A stretch of 64,000 nucleotides of DNA from Octopus sinensis (lineage: Eukaryota), in contig NC_042998.1 of the NCBI RefSeq assembly GCF_006345805.1, positions 55,304,001-55,368,000 of the forward strand. The letters run 5' to 3'. The notes under the pieces are model-generated. The model was not told the DNA's origin and did no database searches. It saw only the letters and a list, made by a program, of their open reading frames with translations. Within the stretch, counting starts at the first letter, position 1. Each line of letters begins with the position of its first letter. Below, piece after piece: positions 1 through 17,489 of this stretch. The position numbers and the translations under genes were made by a program.

Positions 1-6
1 TATCAA

Positions 7-219
7 GGTAGCAAGCTGGCAGAATCGTTAACAAGCCGAACAAAAAGCCTATCAGCATATCATCCGTCTCTACGTTCTGAGTTCAAACTCCGCTGAGGTC
101 GACTTTGCGTGTCATCCCTTTGGGCTCGATAAAATAAGTAGCAGTTGAATACTGGGTCGATGCAATCGTACTGCTCCCCTAAAATTACTATTCTTGTGCC
201 AAAATTTGAAGCCAATATT
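7..219 (+). mobile_element. tRNA-derived SINE family A (conserved central domain GAGGTCGACTTTGCCTTTCATCCTTTCGGGGTCGATAAA), tail type a
   Basis: Head GGTAGCAAGCTGGCAGAATCG, B-box-like GAGTTCAAACTCC, and a central domain shared with more than 10 other copies in the window. Confidence 0.85.
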
Positions 220-334
220 ATAAGATATATAAAAATAAGAAATTTCAGAAAACGTGATATTTCCATGGTCTCGCTAGTTATGAATAAATACGTCTCATGG
301 ATATAACTTTAAACTGTATGCATTGGGATTCTGT

Positions 335-700
335 TTCGGGAGTTCTAGGGTCCTGAGGGAACCGCCTCTTAGTCACTATTTTCTCAGATCTACTCCGACC
401 CGGAGTTGTAGCAGCTGTCAGGGTCACAGCTGTGGGTTAATTAGCATATAAGGGGATGCCCTTTTCATGCGTGTGAAGACTGGATTCGACTGTGCTGGAG
501 AAACATTCATGGTTCAACGGAGCGGGAAAGGCGTCTTCGGAAGCGCATTGAGAGTATAGAGAGAGCAAGATGGGGTAAGTTATCTTGGTCATCCACAGCA
601 TCTGTATCCATCCCCAGTCGTCTTGACCTGATCTTGCTAATGGGTTGAAGATGGTCAAGGACGAGAGAGTGGGGCTGACAGTGCGCAACTCTTCGCCATT
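335..700 (-). mobile_element. Degenerate repeat, probably an RTE-like LINE 3' fragment plus an adjacent short repeat
   Basis: Frameshifted minus-strand translation KIRSRRL-GWI-x-ML-x-M-QDNLPHLAL resembles the post-RT 'IRxRRLxWxGHVxRM...LPxxAL' region of RTE LINEs. Confidence 0.35.
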
Positions 701-1128
701 TTTTTTTTTTGACAAATTTACCACACAAACGCGCAAATCAAAAGTCATCCTTTTAGGATGATTAGATGGTTCTCGGGACGAACATGGATGAATACGTGTA
801 AACCCATAAAGGGTGAGAGTAGAATTTTGCATAGGTTAACAAAACACTTTGTAATATTATAGTATTGATGCTGTTTGAGGGTTAGGTACGTTGTTAATGG
901 ACACATACCACAGCAATGATGACAAAATACGTCCCACCCACGCTCCACACACAGCTACACATAACCACACATACACAGATATACACATATGCATACACAT
1001 ACACATATACACACAAAATGTTTAGTTGGTGGTTTGACATTTCGTAAAACTCGCCCATCTGTCGTTCTCACAAATATATTATAACATTTTGATATATTCA
1101 TACACATCATCTCTCATGAATATGCAAT

Positions 1129-1163
<35 letters not shown>

Positions 1164-1407
1164 CCAATCTGGAATCTTTTATGCTATTGCTCGATCTGCT
1201 AGAAGTAACGGCCAAATATTTCTGAAATCACGCTCTACATTGAAAAAGAATGAAAAACACAGGGAATGATAGTGCTAATTATATTATAACCATAAGCAAA
1301 AAAAAACAAAAGAGGAATAGTTAAAGCTAGAATGATTTTGATGACACGTCTGTTCCAGTAGAGCCTCTCTAGGGAAAACAACAGCAGTGGCAACAACAAC
1401 AGCAACA

Positions 1408-1605
1408 GTGGAGGCGCAATGGCCCAGTGGTTAGGGCAACGGACTCGTGGTCGTAAGAACGAAGTTTCGATTCCCAGACCGGGCATTGTGAGTGTTTATT
1501 GGGCAAAAACACCTAAGCTCCACGAGGCTCCGGCGGGGGAGGGTGGTGAACCCCGCTGTACTTTTTCCCCACAACTTTCTCTCACTCCTTCTTCCTACTT
1601 CTGCC
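1408..1605 (+). mobile_element. tRNA-derived SINE family C (head plus shared body)
   Basis: GGAGGCGCAATGGCCCAGTGGTTAGGGC head with box A/B; ~190 bp shared with copies at 27570 and 56751. Confidence 0.85.
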
Positions 1606-2159
1606 ACAAGGCAGAGGAACCATGGTGTAACCCACTATGGTGTGGTAAACTTTCAGACCCTAGTCTAGATTGCGAATCCTCTATACCCCAGGATGGTTCA
1701 GCTCTCCATCCGTTAAAAGCCACCATTTACGGAATGAGGATAACAACGTAGCTTTCGCGCCCGTGCAACCGCCAGTCTATCGCATGTGATGGGTGGATCT
1801 TCATGTTGCTACACGCACTCTTAGTAGCTTAGAGTAGGCTCGAATTAGAGATTGTTCTTTGTGGCTGATGGCGTGAGTCCTGATTGGAAGAAGAAAAAGA
1901 AGACAACAGCAAAAACATAATTTGATAGTTTTATCTATTGGAAATAATACCCAAAATATTCTTCAACTTACATTTTGTCGTTTTAAATAAGAATAGAAGA
2001 CGCATTAGATAATATTGTCTTGCATGAAACTAAAATTTTAGGATCGTCATAGTCGTAACGCTGTTCACTTTTCGACAGTAATAAGACATAGATAAGTGTG
2101 GGTGTACGTTTGTCTGCGTTGTGCGTGCATGTGTGTGTGTGTGTGCGTGTGTGTGTGTA

Positions 2160-2360
2160 CTCTTTTATTTGTTTTGACGTTTTAGTCATTGGACTGCGGT
2201 CATTCTGGGGCACCTCCTTGAATTCGTTTGTCGAACTTACTCCTGTACTTCTTTTTAAGTCAGGTATTAGTCTTTCGGTCTGTCTTTTACGCTAAGTTGC
2301 GGGGGCATAAACGAACCATCACCGGTAGCTCCGCGGTGAAGGACAAACACAGATATAAAC
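2160..2360 (-). mobile_element. SINE family B 3' part (degenerate)
   Basis: Matches the 3' half of the full copy at 47845-48245. Confidence 0.7.
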
Positions 2361-2372
2361 AAATGTGTGTAT

Positions 2373-2439
<67 letters not shown>

Positions 2440-2451
2440 GTTCAAATATGC

Positions 2452-2700
2452 TTGAGGCATATTCGAACTCGTAAGGAAAGCCATCCACTGTCTTTTTGTC
2501 GTGCAGAAAATTTCTCGCTGTAAACAAAAAGGTTTAAACACACCGAGTCGGCTCACAGCCCCTCCTAACCAGAAATGCATTTCGGAGTGGTTATCTCCTC
2601 CTCACAGCAGCGGAAGAAGCAGAACCTGCGAACTGACAGTGAGAAATTTTCTCCATAACAGAATACAGCGAATAGCTTTCTTACGGGTTCGAACATGCCT
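2452..2700. repeat. Inverted repeat: ~68-bp arms (2452-2521 and 2636-2700) around a ~115-bp spacer; third arm copy at 3565-3632
   Basis: Reverse complement of the left arm (ACAGCGAGAAATTTTCTGCACGAC...CCTTACGAGTTCGAATATGCCTC) aligns with the right arm (ACAGTGAGAAATTTTCTCCATAAC...CTTACGGGTTCGAACATGCCTC). Confidence 0.75.
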
Positions 2701-2896
2701 CCTATATACTTCAAGTGGTAACAAGTCTGTATATTACACATTACTGCTTAGCGTCGTCACGCTGTTGTTTTTTCATGGTAAACCGCTGAGTAGCGCAACT
2801 AGTCATTGAACGATGACAGGAATATCATAAGAGGGATCTGTCTGTCTTGTCAGTTCGTAGCGTCTGTCTTTTTTCTCGTTTATGTTACTGTAGAGG

Positions 2897-3505
2897 AGAT
2901 CTATCTATCTATCTGCTCAATCGAAGTCGACTCTCGGTTACTCGATGGATCAGTGCTCTCCAGCTAGTTCTATCCTGGGTCGCTTCTTTCAGATTTGTTA
3001 TAGCTATTCCCGTGTCACTCTTGATGGTGTCAAGCCAGCGGTTTCTTGGGCGGCCTCTTCCTCTCTTGCCACTGACCATTCCGAGCATGATGTCCTTCTC
3101 CAGGGATTTTCCCCACTTAATATGGCCAAAATATGCCAATCTATGCTTGGTGATGTGATCCTAGCTTCTAGCGACAGTTTCGGCTTGATCTAGTTAAGAA
3201 CTTCTCCATTGGTGAGCCTCGCTGTCCATGGAATCCGTAAAAGTCTTCTCCAACACCAAAGCTCGAATGCATTAATTCTTTTCTGGTCATCTTTCTTTAG
3301 TGTCCAGGTCTCGCATTCATATGTTGCTATTGGGAAGACGATTGCATTCACCAATCTGCATTTGGTAGCGAGGCTGATGTCTCTACTCTTCCGGACCTTG
3401 CTCATGCTGACCATTGCCACTCTGCCTAGTATTATCCGCCGCCTTGTTTCTGGAATGCAGTTACTATCTCGATTTATTTTGGGGCCAAAGAAGATGAAAA
3501 CTATT
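2897..3505 (-). mobile_element. RTE/BovB-type LINE 3' fragment, frameshifted, with (GATA)n tail
   Basis: ORFs 3190-3549 (ATKCRLVNAIVFPIATYECETWTLKKDDQKRINAFELWCWRRLLRIPWTAR) and 2909-3139 (YFGHI...LEKDIMLG...GKRGRGRPRNRWLD...WRALIHRVT) are the typical RTE C-terminus. Confidence 0.95.
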
Positions 3506-3699
3506 CCGAAACCACTCGTTAGAGAGTGCAGTGAGTTGACCCGGTGCATTTACACATATTTGTCTGCAGTAAGAAATTTTCTGCATGATAAAAGACAGTG
3601 AATCGATTTGTTACGGGTTCGAATATATTACTCACAAACTACCGTCTTCTACACAGTTCCTGTGTACCAAATTCACTCGTAAGGTATGGATCAGCTCGG

Positions 3700-3800
3700 A
3701 TTTATAATAAAAAAAGTCCCTTGTCCAGTGAATCGAACAGTGGAACTGAAATTGAAAGCATGTGGTTAGCGAAACGAACTTCTTAACCACACAGCCATCT
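3700..3800 (-). mobile_element. SINE family B head (degenerate)
   Basis: Reverse strand reads ATGGCTGTGTGGTTAAGAAGTTCGTTTCGCTAACCACATG. Confidence 0.6.
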
Positions 3801-4477
3801 GTAAAGGATAAAATTAACGCAAAGCATATGAAATTTATATATGTGGAATCATTATATAATATAATATGATTAAATTGTAGCAATGACGAATAAGTTCAAA
3901 GATATATTACTCAAGTGCTCTCAAGATCACACTTGTTTAAGGCGTGTCGTTTCAATCACTTATAATCTTATTTCTTCTTTTGAAATCTGGGAGGAAAAAC
4001 AAAATGAAAAATGAAAAATATTGTAAAAAAGTAGGCAGGAAAATCCCAAAAACCCCCAAAAAAGGGGAGAGGGGAAACAAAATATTAAATAAAATGCGTT
4101 TGGATGCGAAACAGTATATTTTATAATGAAAGTATCTGAACACCCAATTCCTTTCCATGAGAATTTTATGTAGCATTCTGATGTGTTGTTTCCCAGGAAT
4201 TTTCCCATCAACTCTTCCCACTAAACAACACATACAGGCACAGCTATACATATTACGTTCGTTTCACCAGCCCCAATACAAAACTGAAATACTCCCAAAC
4301 AGATAGACACACAGGACAGAAACAAACACATATAAACACATTCCGCTTTGCCCAATCATCTCTCTCTCCCCCTCTCTCTCTCGCTCTCCCTCTCACTCTC
4401 TATTTTACTCTCCTTTGCTCTTTCACTCTTTCATTCTATTTTTATATTCACCCCATTCACTTCTTTTTTCTCACTGT

Positions 4478-6665
<2,188 letters not shown>

Positions 6666-6890
6666 GTGTGTGGTTGTATTTGTCGCTATCCCGTTTAATC
6701 CAGAAAAGAGACAGAAAAAACGCCAGGTTATTTCTTCCAGCTGAGATTTTCAAAAGAACTGATCATCTCTCCCTTCAATAGAATCTTTCAATATAAAGTA
6801 AAGGAGCCTTTTAACAAAGACTCTTCCGCCGCCGCTTTTAATGAAGAACATTTGCAGCAGAACTTAAAACACTGGAAACAGTTGACGATT

Positions 6891-6946
<56 letters not shown>

Positions 6947-7284
6947 TGTGAGTGTGTGTGTGTGTGTATGTGTGTGAGAGTGTGTGTGTGTGTATGCATC
7001 TGGTTGATATTTTTCATAAAAGTATATCACATTGATATCTACACACTTTACATTGTATTGTGATCACGCCCACCACACACACACACATACATGACAAAAT
7101 ACATTACACGCATGCGAGAGAAAGAGAAAAAAGAGAAAAAAGAGTAAGAGAAAGAGAGGGGTAAGGGGAAAGAAAGAAAGGCACGGAGATGGAGAGTAAG
7201 AGGGAAAAAGAGAGAGCGAAAGAAAAAAGAAGCAGTGACAAGCGTGTGTGTGTTAGTGTGTGTGTGTACGTGCGTGCGCGCGTA

Positions 7285-7348
<64 letters not shown>

Positions 7349-7917
7349 GGTGAGAAAATTGAGCCTCTATGCGAGGTCTGTCCTCAAGCATGAAATAGCG
7401 GCTGAATTTCTCAAATCATACGTTTGATACATTATGTCTGAAAACAATGGACGTAGTGATCACGGCAGGAACGCTTTTGATCACGGACAAGGTAGACGTA
7501 GAGCTAAACAACATCAAACGCTCAAGATCAATGTTTGTTTTTGTCCTTAAAAAAATCTCGTTGCTTGCTCTCTTCGCTTGTTTCACTTCTTCATGAAATA
7601 TTTCTCATCGTCAAAATATTTTCAGATTTCTTTAACTGATGTAGTTTTGAATGTTGATGAAAATTACATTGATTTTTCGACAGAAATTAAAAATAAACAA
7701 GTTACGAGGCTTTAAAAATTTGAAATTTTAACTCTTGGGAAGCCTCCGTTGCCGACCTAATAGAAGTTGTAATTTTCATAGTTGACGATCAGATAATGAA
7801 ATCACTGCGAAATTTTGAAAGAATCTTTTCTCAAATGAACAAAATTTAATGGGGAGCGGGGAGAAACGATAACAATCTTTTATGAAATATAATTACATGC
7901 TACAGATAGCCGCAAGA

Positions 7918-8264
7918 GAGGCTGTATGGTGAGTAGCTTGCTTACCAACCACATAGTTCCGGGTTCAGTCCCACAGCATGAAACCTTGGGTAGTGTCATC
8001 TACTCAGGCCGATCAAAGCCTTGTGAGTGTATTTGGTAGACGACGCCTGAGTTAACTAGCGACAGCTGATGACGGTGGATTTTTCCTTGTGTAGCATTTC
8101 CTGTACTTGTTTTCTTGTTGTAAAAAATTTTTGTTTTTCCCGTTTCTACGTCTTGTTGTGGGTGTCCTGTACTTACGTATATTTATTTATATATGCATGT
8201 ATATATACATGTAGATGTAGGTACGTACATATATGTTTGTATGTATACATATATTTTTATTTAT

Positions 8265-8314
<50 letters not shown>

Positions 8315-8570
8315 TATTTATTTATTTATTTATTTATATGTATGTATGTATGTATGTATTGTTTCTTTGTCTGTGTTTGTCCCCCCACCATCGCTTGACA
8401 ACCGATGCTGGTGTGTTTATATCTCCGCAACTTAGCGGTTCTGCAAAAGAGACCGATTGAATAAGTACTAGGCTTAGAAAGTATAAGTCTTGGGGTAGAT
8501 TTCTTCAACTAAAGGCAGTGTATGGCTACAGTCAAATGACTGAAACAAAAGATTAAAAGTAACGAATATA
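7918..8570 (+). mobile_element. SINE family B, head and tail separated by an expanded internal segment
   Basis: Head GGCTGTATGGTGAGTAGCTTGCTTACCAACCAC; tail CCACCATCGCTTGACAACCGATGCTGG...GACTGAAACAA. Confidence 0.8.
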
Positions 8571-8819
8571 CTTTAAATATGAAAGCAGGGGAAAAAAAGA
8601 CCATTGATAATTTCCGAAATGAAGCAGTTTTAATTCTGGAAAGTAATTTTCCAAACCTATTAATGGTTGTCGACCAATGATGTCTTTACATCATCATCAG
8701 TTCGTAACTTGACTCTTACGGAGAAAATATCAATATTGAATGTGTACGTAATCATATCTTCTTTTGTGCAAAGGTCTAGATTGTGTGATATTAATGCTTT
8801 CTTCCTTCTTTGAAGAGAG

Positions 8820-9830
<1,011 letters not shown>

Positions 9831-10289
9831 TTCGAATCGAAGCATAACCGTGAACTCATCTTGCTCAAATTGAAATTCTTATTACACCACGTTCACAAAT
9901 TGAACATGAACAATCACTCTATGATGTCTGGAAATCATGGGTGTCCAGTTCACAATGATAAATTGAGAGACTATAGAAGAATGCATTATTCATTGTAAAT
10001 AATCTCTTTGTAATTATATGATGTCAGCATTGAGATAACCTACGCACCGTTGTTTGAATTATGTTTCTTTTAGTCGCACGTAATCACTTAGCTATCTTAC
10101 ATTCGTTTCAGATACGAAACTTAGACGGATGAAGGGGTTAAGTCTATGTTGTTTTTATTTATTTATTTATTATTATCATTATTATTATTGCTTAAAATAC
10201 ACCAAGTTGTAATTGAAACCACTATTTCTAACATTCATGCAGGATATAAATGAACAAATAAATGAATAATAATGATAATAATAATAATA

Positions 10290-10359
<70 letters not shown>

Positions 10360-11184
10360 CAAATAGATAAATAAGTAGATAAATAAATAAAACGGTTTAT
10401 TGTGCAACTTATGTACTTTAATATATACATATATATGCGTATATACACATACATTTATATGTACGTTCATACATGCATATACATACTTATATATATATAT
10501 ACATACATGTGTATATATATATGTATATATATATATATATATAACATATATACATGTATATATCTATATAAATATATATATGTGTCTGTATATATATATA
10601 TGTTTATAAATATATGTATTTATACACACATACATACATGCATACATACGTACGTACATGCATATATATATATATATACATACATTTTGGTGTAGTGATT
10701 GTATGGTTTAGCTGTGATTGCTATACCAGAGAAGTTATCTTTGTTTAGTTCGTTTGGGGCTATTTTGATGAGAAGTTGTGCTGCGGAGAATTTCAGCTGA
10801 AAGAATAAGCGATGCAAATCTTTCAGAAACGTGACCGGAAGTGTAGCCACCATTGCAAATCTTAGAGCTGTGTTATATTTTGGATTAAAAGGTGAACTTA
10901 GAGATTAGAAGTTTTATGTACAAGATATAATTATTGTTTTTAGCTTTAAAAATAAACTTACAAGAAAAATCTATGCATTTATATGATGTAACAAATATTG
11001 TAAGAAGCTGACGTGTAGAAGCGTCTGTACATCGGACAAAAATCTTGAGGCATTTCTTCCTGCTTTCATCATCATCCTTCTATAGGTTGGTCAGAACTCC
11101 ATTGGCAATCCCCTTCCACACTACACGGTACTGCATTGCTAGCGCTCCACTTCTGTATCACCTACCGAAAGAATTACCTTCCCG

Positions 11185-11355
11185 CTTTACGTCCTGAGCG
11201 CAAATCATTGCTGAGGTCGACTTTGCCTTTCATCCTTTCGGGGTCGATAAATTAAGTACCAGATTTTCACTGGGGTTGATGTAATCGACTTAATCCCTTT
11301 GTCTGTCCTTGTTTGTCCCCTCTATGTTTAGCCCCTTGTGGGCAATAAAGAAATA
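11185..11355 (+). mobile_element. SINE family A, 5'-truncated, tail type b
   Basis: Central domain followed by TTAATCCCTTTGTCTGTCC...GCCCCTTGTGGGCAATAAAGAAATA. Confidence 0.85.
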
Positions 11356-12517
11356 TAAAATTTTATGTAGCCCTAATATGAACATAAGAATTACATTATA
11401 TTTTTATGGAGCGCTAGCCTGATGTTAACCGTGATTGCAAAGAAAAAGCACCTTGCATTATTTGTTTCGTTGCATGATACAGAAATCTGTTTCAAAATGC
11501 AACTGTATGTTAAATTTGGCAGTAATAAAGGAACACCATGAGAAAGAAACGCTAGAATAAAACAAATAACGGAATGTTCCTTATTGGGCTTTTTTTTTCT
11601 GAGAAGTGCAGTAAGTCCTAGCTATAATTAGGATTGATTAGACAGAAACTAATCAGTTTAACGCTGCATAATATATTGATACTAATCCAAGATCTTTCCA
11701 AAATTGATTCTCAGTTAGTGATCACATCTATAAATGAATATTATAATGATTCGTGGATAGCGAAATAAGTAGATCACAAGGGGAGAAATGCCTTATAGTA
11801 TTTAATTATATCCCTTAGTGCTCCAACTTCTTCCACGATCTAGTTTGCCTTTCATCCTTTTGTGTTCAATAAAATATGTACTAGTTGAGTAATTGGGGTC
11901 GACTTAATTGTCTCCTTATTCCCATTGAAATTGAAGCTTTTTCCCTTGACATATACGTATTTTTCACTTTCCCTTATTTCAGAAATCAATATTATGTAAT
12001 GCGTTTATATGAACCCCTTTCTATTTCACGCAGCTTTCTTAATTAAACTGCAACAGTTGTTTCATATATCCAGCTGTGAATTTGTGTTAACAAATATCTA
12101 TAGTTACGTAAGAATTATACGGTTCTATTTAAGCTGCGGTAAGTGAATCGAAAGAGCTACTTTCTATGCTAAATTTGCTTTAGAGGTTTTGATTTTGCTG
12201 TGCACACTAGACCGGTCGTTGTTAATGAGGTGTAGCTAGATACCAATGTAAATGTAAATATGAAGGAAGTGATATACCGAGACAGCGCACTGATTTGAGA
12301 AGTTACGTCACCATAATAATCATTACAACGGCCACCATTGCCGCCATTGACAATGATACCACCACCGTTGCTGCCGCCGTCACCGCCACTACCATCGCTA
12401 CCACCATCACCACCACCACTACTATCACCGCCAACGCCACCTCCACCTACAACATTTCAATATCACCAATACTGAAACTGTTTTGCTACCACTTTTAATA
12501 TATTTCTTCATATTATT

Positions 12518-12578
<61 letters not shown>

Positions 12579-12627
12579 GTAAATGTGTATGTGTATATAT
12601 ATATACATATATATATATATATGTATG

Positions 12628-12671
<44 letters not shown>

Positions 12672-13299
12672 ATGTATATGTATATGTATATATATTCCTC
12701 AAAATTCTGGAACTACCATTACTAGATACAGTTTAAAGTTATATCTAGGATATACATGCATACATAATTGCGTACACATGATGCCCAAGCCAGTCACATT
12801 GGTATAAGGGGACTGTTAATCTTTCTGTAATGAATATTGTCCCCTAGATAGTATTCATGCCATTGATACAAGCCTGATACAAAGAATTGATTATATTATT
12901 TTGAAAATGTAAAATAACCCCATTACGTATACCATGGCTAGATTGGTCACTATGGTCACCTATCGTAGGTTACGGGACTAGCGAGAAAAATTTCAGCGCA
13001 CCTGTGAACTGATCCAAGATTGTATCAATTCTATAAAAAGGCTATGGAAGATCCCTCGATTGGTTGCAGGCAATAGATGGCGAAAGATTGAGCTCTATCC
13101 CAACTACTCCAACTTAAAACCCAACTACTCGAACTTCAGTGACAAAAAAAAATACTACAATCACAGGCAACCTACGTTGATAAAAAAAATGCTATCCCCA
13201 CAAACCATCAGAATTGCACAGCAATTAAGAAATGTACCAGAGCAGTGAATTCTTCTCCTGCGAAGATCATAGACAATAACGGCTATGACCGAGACGAGC

Positions 13300-14640
13300 A
13301 AACAACACAACCGCGATGCAATGTGGTTAGAGGGACTACCAAGTGAGAGCAGTACAAACGTCTCCCCACAAATTTATATCGTCAGTGAAACTTTCCTAAC
13401 GTTTGTTGCAAAACTGCTGAGCGTGAAATCATACAGGAGAAACCTGGGAGTCGGTTATTGAGATAGAATGCTTACATTTTACACAGCAGCCCTCCTTAAT
13501 CTGTTAAAAAAAAAAGCAACGAACTCTGTGATAAGTAATGGTAGGTAATTGCTCGTACAACACTTGTAGATAAAAAACCAGGCAAGACATGTGACTAAAA
13601 GCTTCATGCCCGTAGCGTTCATGCATCTGATGTGTAAATTAAGCACGGAATGTTTTTACTCAGGATCACTGTGAAAGACACAATCCTTTCTACTATAGGC
13701 ACAAGGCCTGAAATTTGGGGGCGAGGGGTCTAGTCGATTACATCGACCCCACTGTTTCACTGGTACTTAATTTATCGACCCCGAAAGGATGAAAGGAAAA
13801 GTCGACCTCGGAGAAATTTGAACTCAGAACGTAGCAACGGGCGAAATACCGTTAAGCATTTCGTCCTAAGTGCTAACGATTCTGCCATAATAACTGAAGA
13901 CTAAGGCAGAAGGAGAAAAAGGAGTGTGATGCTGTGCTGAACAACTCATCAACAAAGCTGTTCTTAAGGAACCTGTTAGTCTGTACAGCTAGACTATAAG
14001 GAAGTGTTTGACTTTGTTCTGCACTCATGGATTATAGTCACAACGCCTGCTAAAGTTCTGACTGCAGTTGTGAATGCTATTGAGAGGCTCACAACAGTCA
14101 TGAAACTATCATTAAGTACTGAAGTTACCATTATAGTCACTAACAGAATTAGGCCATCAACGGGAATATATTTCATGGTGACAGCTTATCTGTAATGCTT
14201 TTTGTTCAAGCAGTGAACCCATTCTGTTGAAGAAAAGCAAAATCTACATGAAATACAAAAGTTACACATGAAAGTAAGATAAATTTCCCCCAGAATTTTT
14301 TTAAGGCCATAAGCTGTACTCGTGTAATATTCCAGATGCAGTTAAAACTTACGGGGCATAGCAATGAGATTTAGTGTTCATATTTGGTAACCAAACGAGA
14401 AAAGATTGTTTACTAAGCAAAGAGTACGGATATCAATGATTTATCTATCTCCTCTATCATCAGTAATGAATATTACAAATATCTTGGAATTAACGAGACA
14501 CTTGCATACTTTGTTGCTGTGACCAAAGCTAGAGAGACAGACTTCGGAAGGTATGGAAGGTAGAACTGCCTCCATTCAAGAAATCTATAACCAACTATGC
14601 TTTCGCAGTGCCAGTGTAGATTGATTAGCATTCTCCAGAA
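13300..14640 (+). mobile_element. Decayed R4/Dong-type (RLE) non-LTR retrotransposon RT region, interrupted by a SINE
   Basis: Frameshifted motifs in RT order: RTTLVDKK / PVAFMHLMCKL (RT1-like), DYKEVFDFVLHSWI, GIFHGDSLSVMLFVQAVNP, EYYKYLGINE, RKVWKVEL. Confidence 0.75.
13685..13888 (-). mobile_element. SINE family A, tail type a, nested in the R4-like element
   Basis: Central domain and head on the minus strand; splits the RT motifs. Confidence 0.85.
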
Positions 14641-14773
14641 ACAAGCCATTGAAGTAACATTGACATATCAAAGACTCTCCATTTGAGGTTCTCATGTATA
14701 CATTCTGTTTATTATATCTGCAGGAAAACTGATTGAGGATATTGCTTCAATTTATAAGTCCATATATATATAT

Positions 14774-14824
<51 letters not shown>

Positions 14825-14842
14825 ATATATTATATATATATA

Positions 14843-15685
14843 TAGGGTGCGGTGAATGAAGAGTCGTCTAAATTATGCAAAAATGAAAATAACACTGACA
14901 TCTCGCTTTAACAGATATATTTTGAAATACTAAAAAGTAAATTTATTCAATAAAATCGCCATTGGCTTCAACCACGGCTGCAGGACGACTTCGAAATCTC
15001 CGGCAACTCTTCTGGAGGGTCTCCTTTGTTAAGATGGTGAATGATACCATAATCCTTACCTTCAGTTCATCTTTGACGTTACAAGGAGTTTTGTTGGTCT
15101 CAACTGCGCCCCCCACTGCGCTCAACTGCGCCCCACACACAATAATCAAGTGGATTGCAGTCTGGGAAGTTAGGTGGCCAGATGTTAGGGGTGATGTGGT
15201 CGCAGAAATTGTGTGATAGCCATGACTGGGTTCTCCTGCTTATGTGGCATGGTGCCAGACACTGTTGGCAGATACAGGGTCTTCCAGCAGCCACCTTCTT
15301 GACCCAGGGCAGCACTGAGGCTGTGTGTGGCAACTGAGGCTGTGTAAGGTGATTGGAAGCATAGAATTGCCATCACTAGTGATCATTCCAAACACCATGA
15401 TGTTGACTGGATGTTTGATTTTTATCACATGTATGTCCTCAGATTGCATAGTCCTCAAACTGACACCCAAACACTGAAATGCTCGTATTTGCTGCGAATC
15501 CCAAGCAGTACAGCATGTCGTTTCCTAATTTCTGGCAGAGTGAATTGCATCATAGCGCTGTTTTTCTCACAGACGGTGCCCGACTGACTCTACTATACTG
15601 TGTAGTTGACATAATCAAAAACAAACAATGCCCATGCGCAAAATTAAGAATATAAAATGGCAACAATTTACCCATCGCACCCTGT
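14843..15685 (-). mobile_element. Internally deleted Tc1/mariner element, maT (DD37D)-like
   Basis: Minus frames give KHPVNIMVFGMITSDG, WPPNFPDCNPLDYCVWGAVE, ETNKTPCNVKDELKVRI...SCRRFRSRPAAVVEANGDFIE; degenerate TIRs begin (T/C)AGGGTGCG at both ends. Confidence 0.9.
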
Positions 15686-16197
15686 GTGTGCATATATATA
15701 TATATATATGCACACATACACAAGAGAATAAAATAATGCACACACATACACACATATTAAATAAGTATATTTACGTATACATATCGGTCGTTCTAAAAAG
15801 TGACTATAGATAACTTTTATATAACATAGATGTCACGCTTCTTCATGTATATGTTCATATCTTATCTCTCTTTCTTTAATTCTTCAACTATGATTTTCTG
15901 AAGTGTTTACGTTTCCAAAGTACAATAACTATTGTCAAGACCGAACTGCAATTCCTATGTTCATCTTTGGTTTCTTAAATATTTGCTGTTGATTTAATCT
16001 GTCTGACGTCAAATTCTGAATCACGAATAAAATGTCGAAGGTCACGTGTCAGGTTATTACTATAACAAAGCCTCGATTATCACAAACAGCTCTTTTCTTT
16101 TCCATTTATTATAACCAAATAATATATATAATACACATACATGTAAATATATAGAGAGAGTGAGTTAGAAAGATATAGATAGATATATGTGTATATA

Positions 16198-16246
<49 letters not shown>

Positions 16247-16323
16247 ATAAGTATATATATATATATATATATATATATGCATACACATATCCATATGCAG
16301 CCTGTACACACACACATACACAC

Positions 16324-16354
<31 letters not shown>

Positions 16355-17108
16355 GATAGATAGATAGATAGATAGATACATACATACATACATACATACA
16401 TACATACATACATACATACATACATACATACATACATACACAAATATACATGAACACACACACATACATTTACATAATTTTTTCATTGGTAAATAAGCCT
16501 GTTCTTGTTGTAATATGATATAACGTGGTCGCAGTTTGTTTTCAAATTTTATAATACACACCCAGAGACAGAGATTAAGTCACACTGAAGTCGTATTATT
16601 AGGTATAGAATTAGTCTAAAGTTTGTAATGTAGACTGACTTACACAGAAGTTGTAGCTTCAGCACGAATGCACATTCTGTTATAACAATAACGACTACGC
16701 GGTATCGTGTGTGTGTGTGTGTGTTATAAATATCGAGAATCCCTGGACTGAAAGTTTCGCCAAACTGCTTATTAAACTTGTTGAGTAAGGCTATGGCAAT
16801 ACATATTGCAGTCAACGAGATGTAATAGATTTGAGTCACTGCGTTCTGTGCACACACAAACACACACACACACAAACATACACAAACACACACACAAACA
16901 CGCATGCGCGCACGCTCATGAATGTATGTATATTCTGACTACATTCTGAGTGACGAATCAGATGAATATTCCATGGTGAAGAATGGCAGCATTTTATTAA
17001 AGGAACTATTGCAAAATAGGATGAATTTATGGTATCTCAATTTATTTTAGGTACTAATATACTGATATGTATGTATGTATATATATATACATATATATAT
17101 ATATGGAA

Positions 17109-17139
<31 letters not shown>

Positions 17140-17489
17140 TATAGATATACATGCATACACACACTCCTTCATACATACATATACACACATATGAATTTGT
17201 GTGTATATATATATAGGCAAATTTGTTGTTGAAAATGCACCAAAATTTGAAAAACTTTTAATTGTTTAAAATAAATTTATTTACATATACACCAAACTAG
17301 TTGCAACAATATTTTTTTGTTTATCAATGGTAAGAATTTATAATTATGAGTTAGAAAAACATGTTTAAAAATTTCAATGTTGACAAGTTTAAATGTTCAT
17401 AATAGTCAATATTATAAAAACTGTGTATCAACTTGTTTAAATGTACAAAGTTCATTAGTGTTAGTAGTGATCGACAAGAAAGTTTCAGT

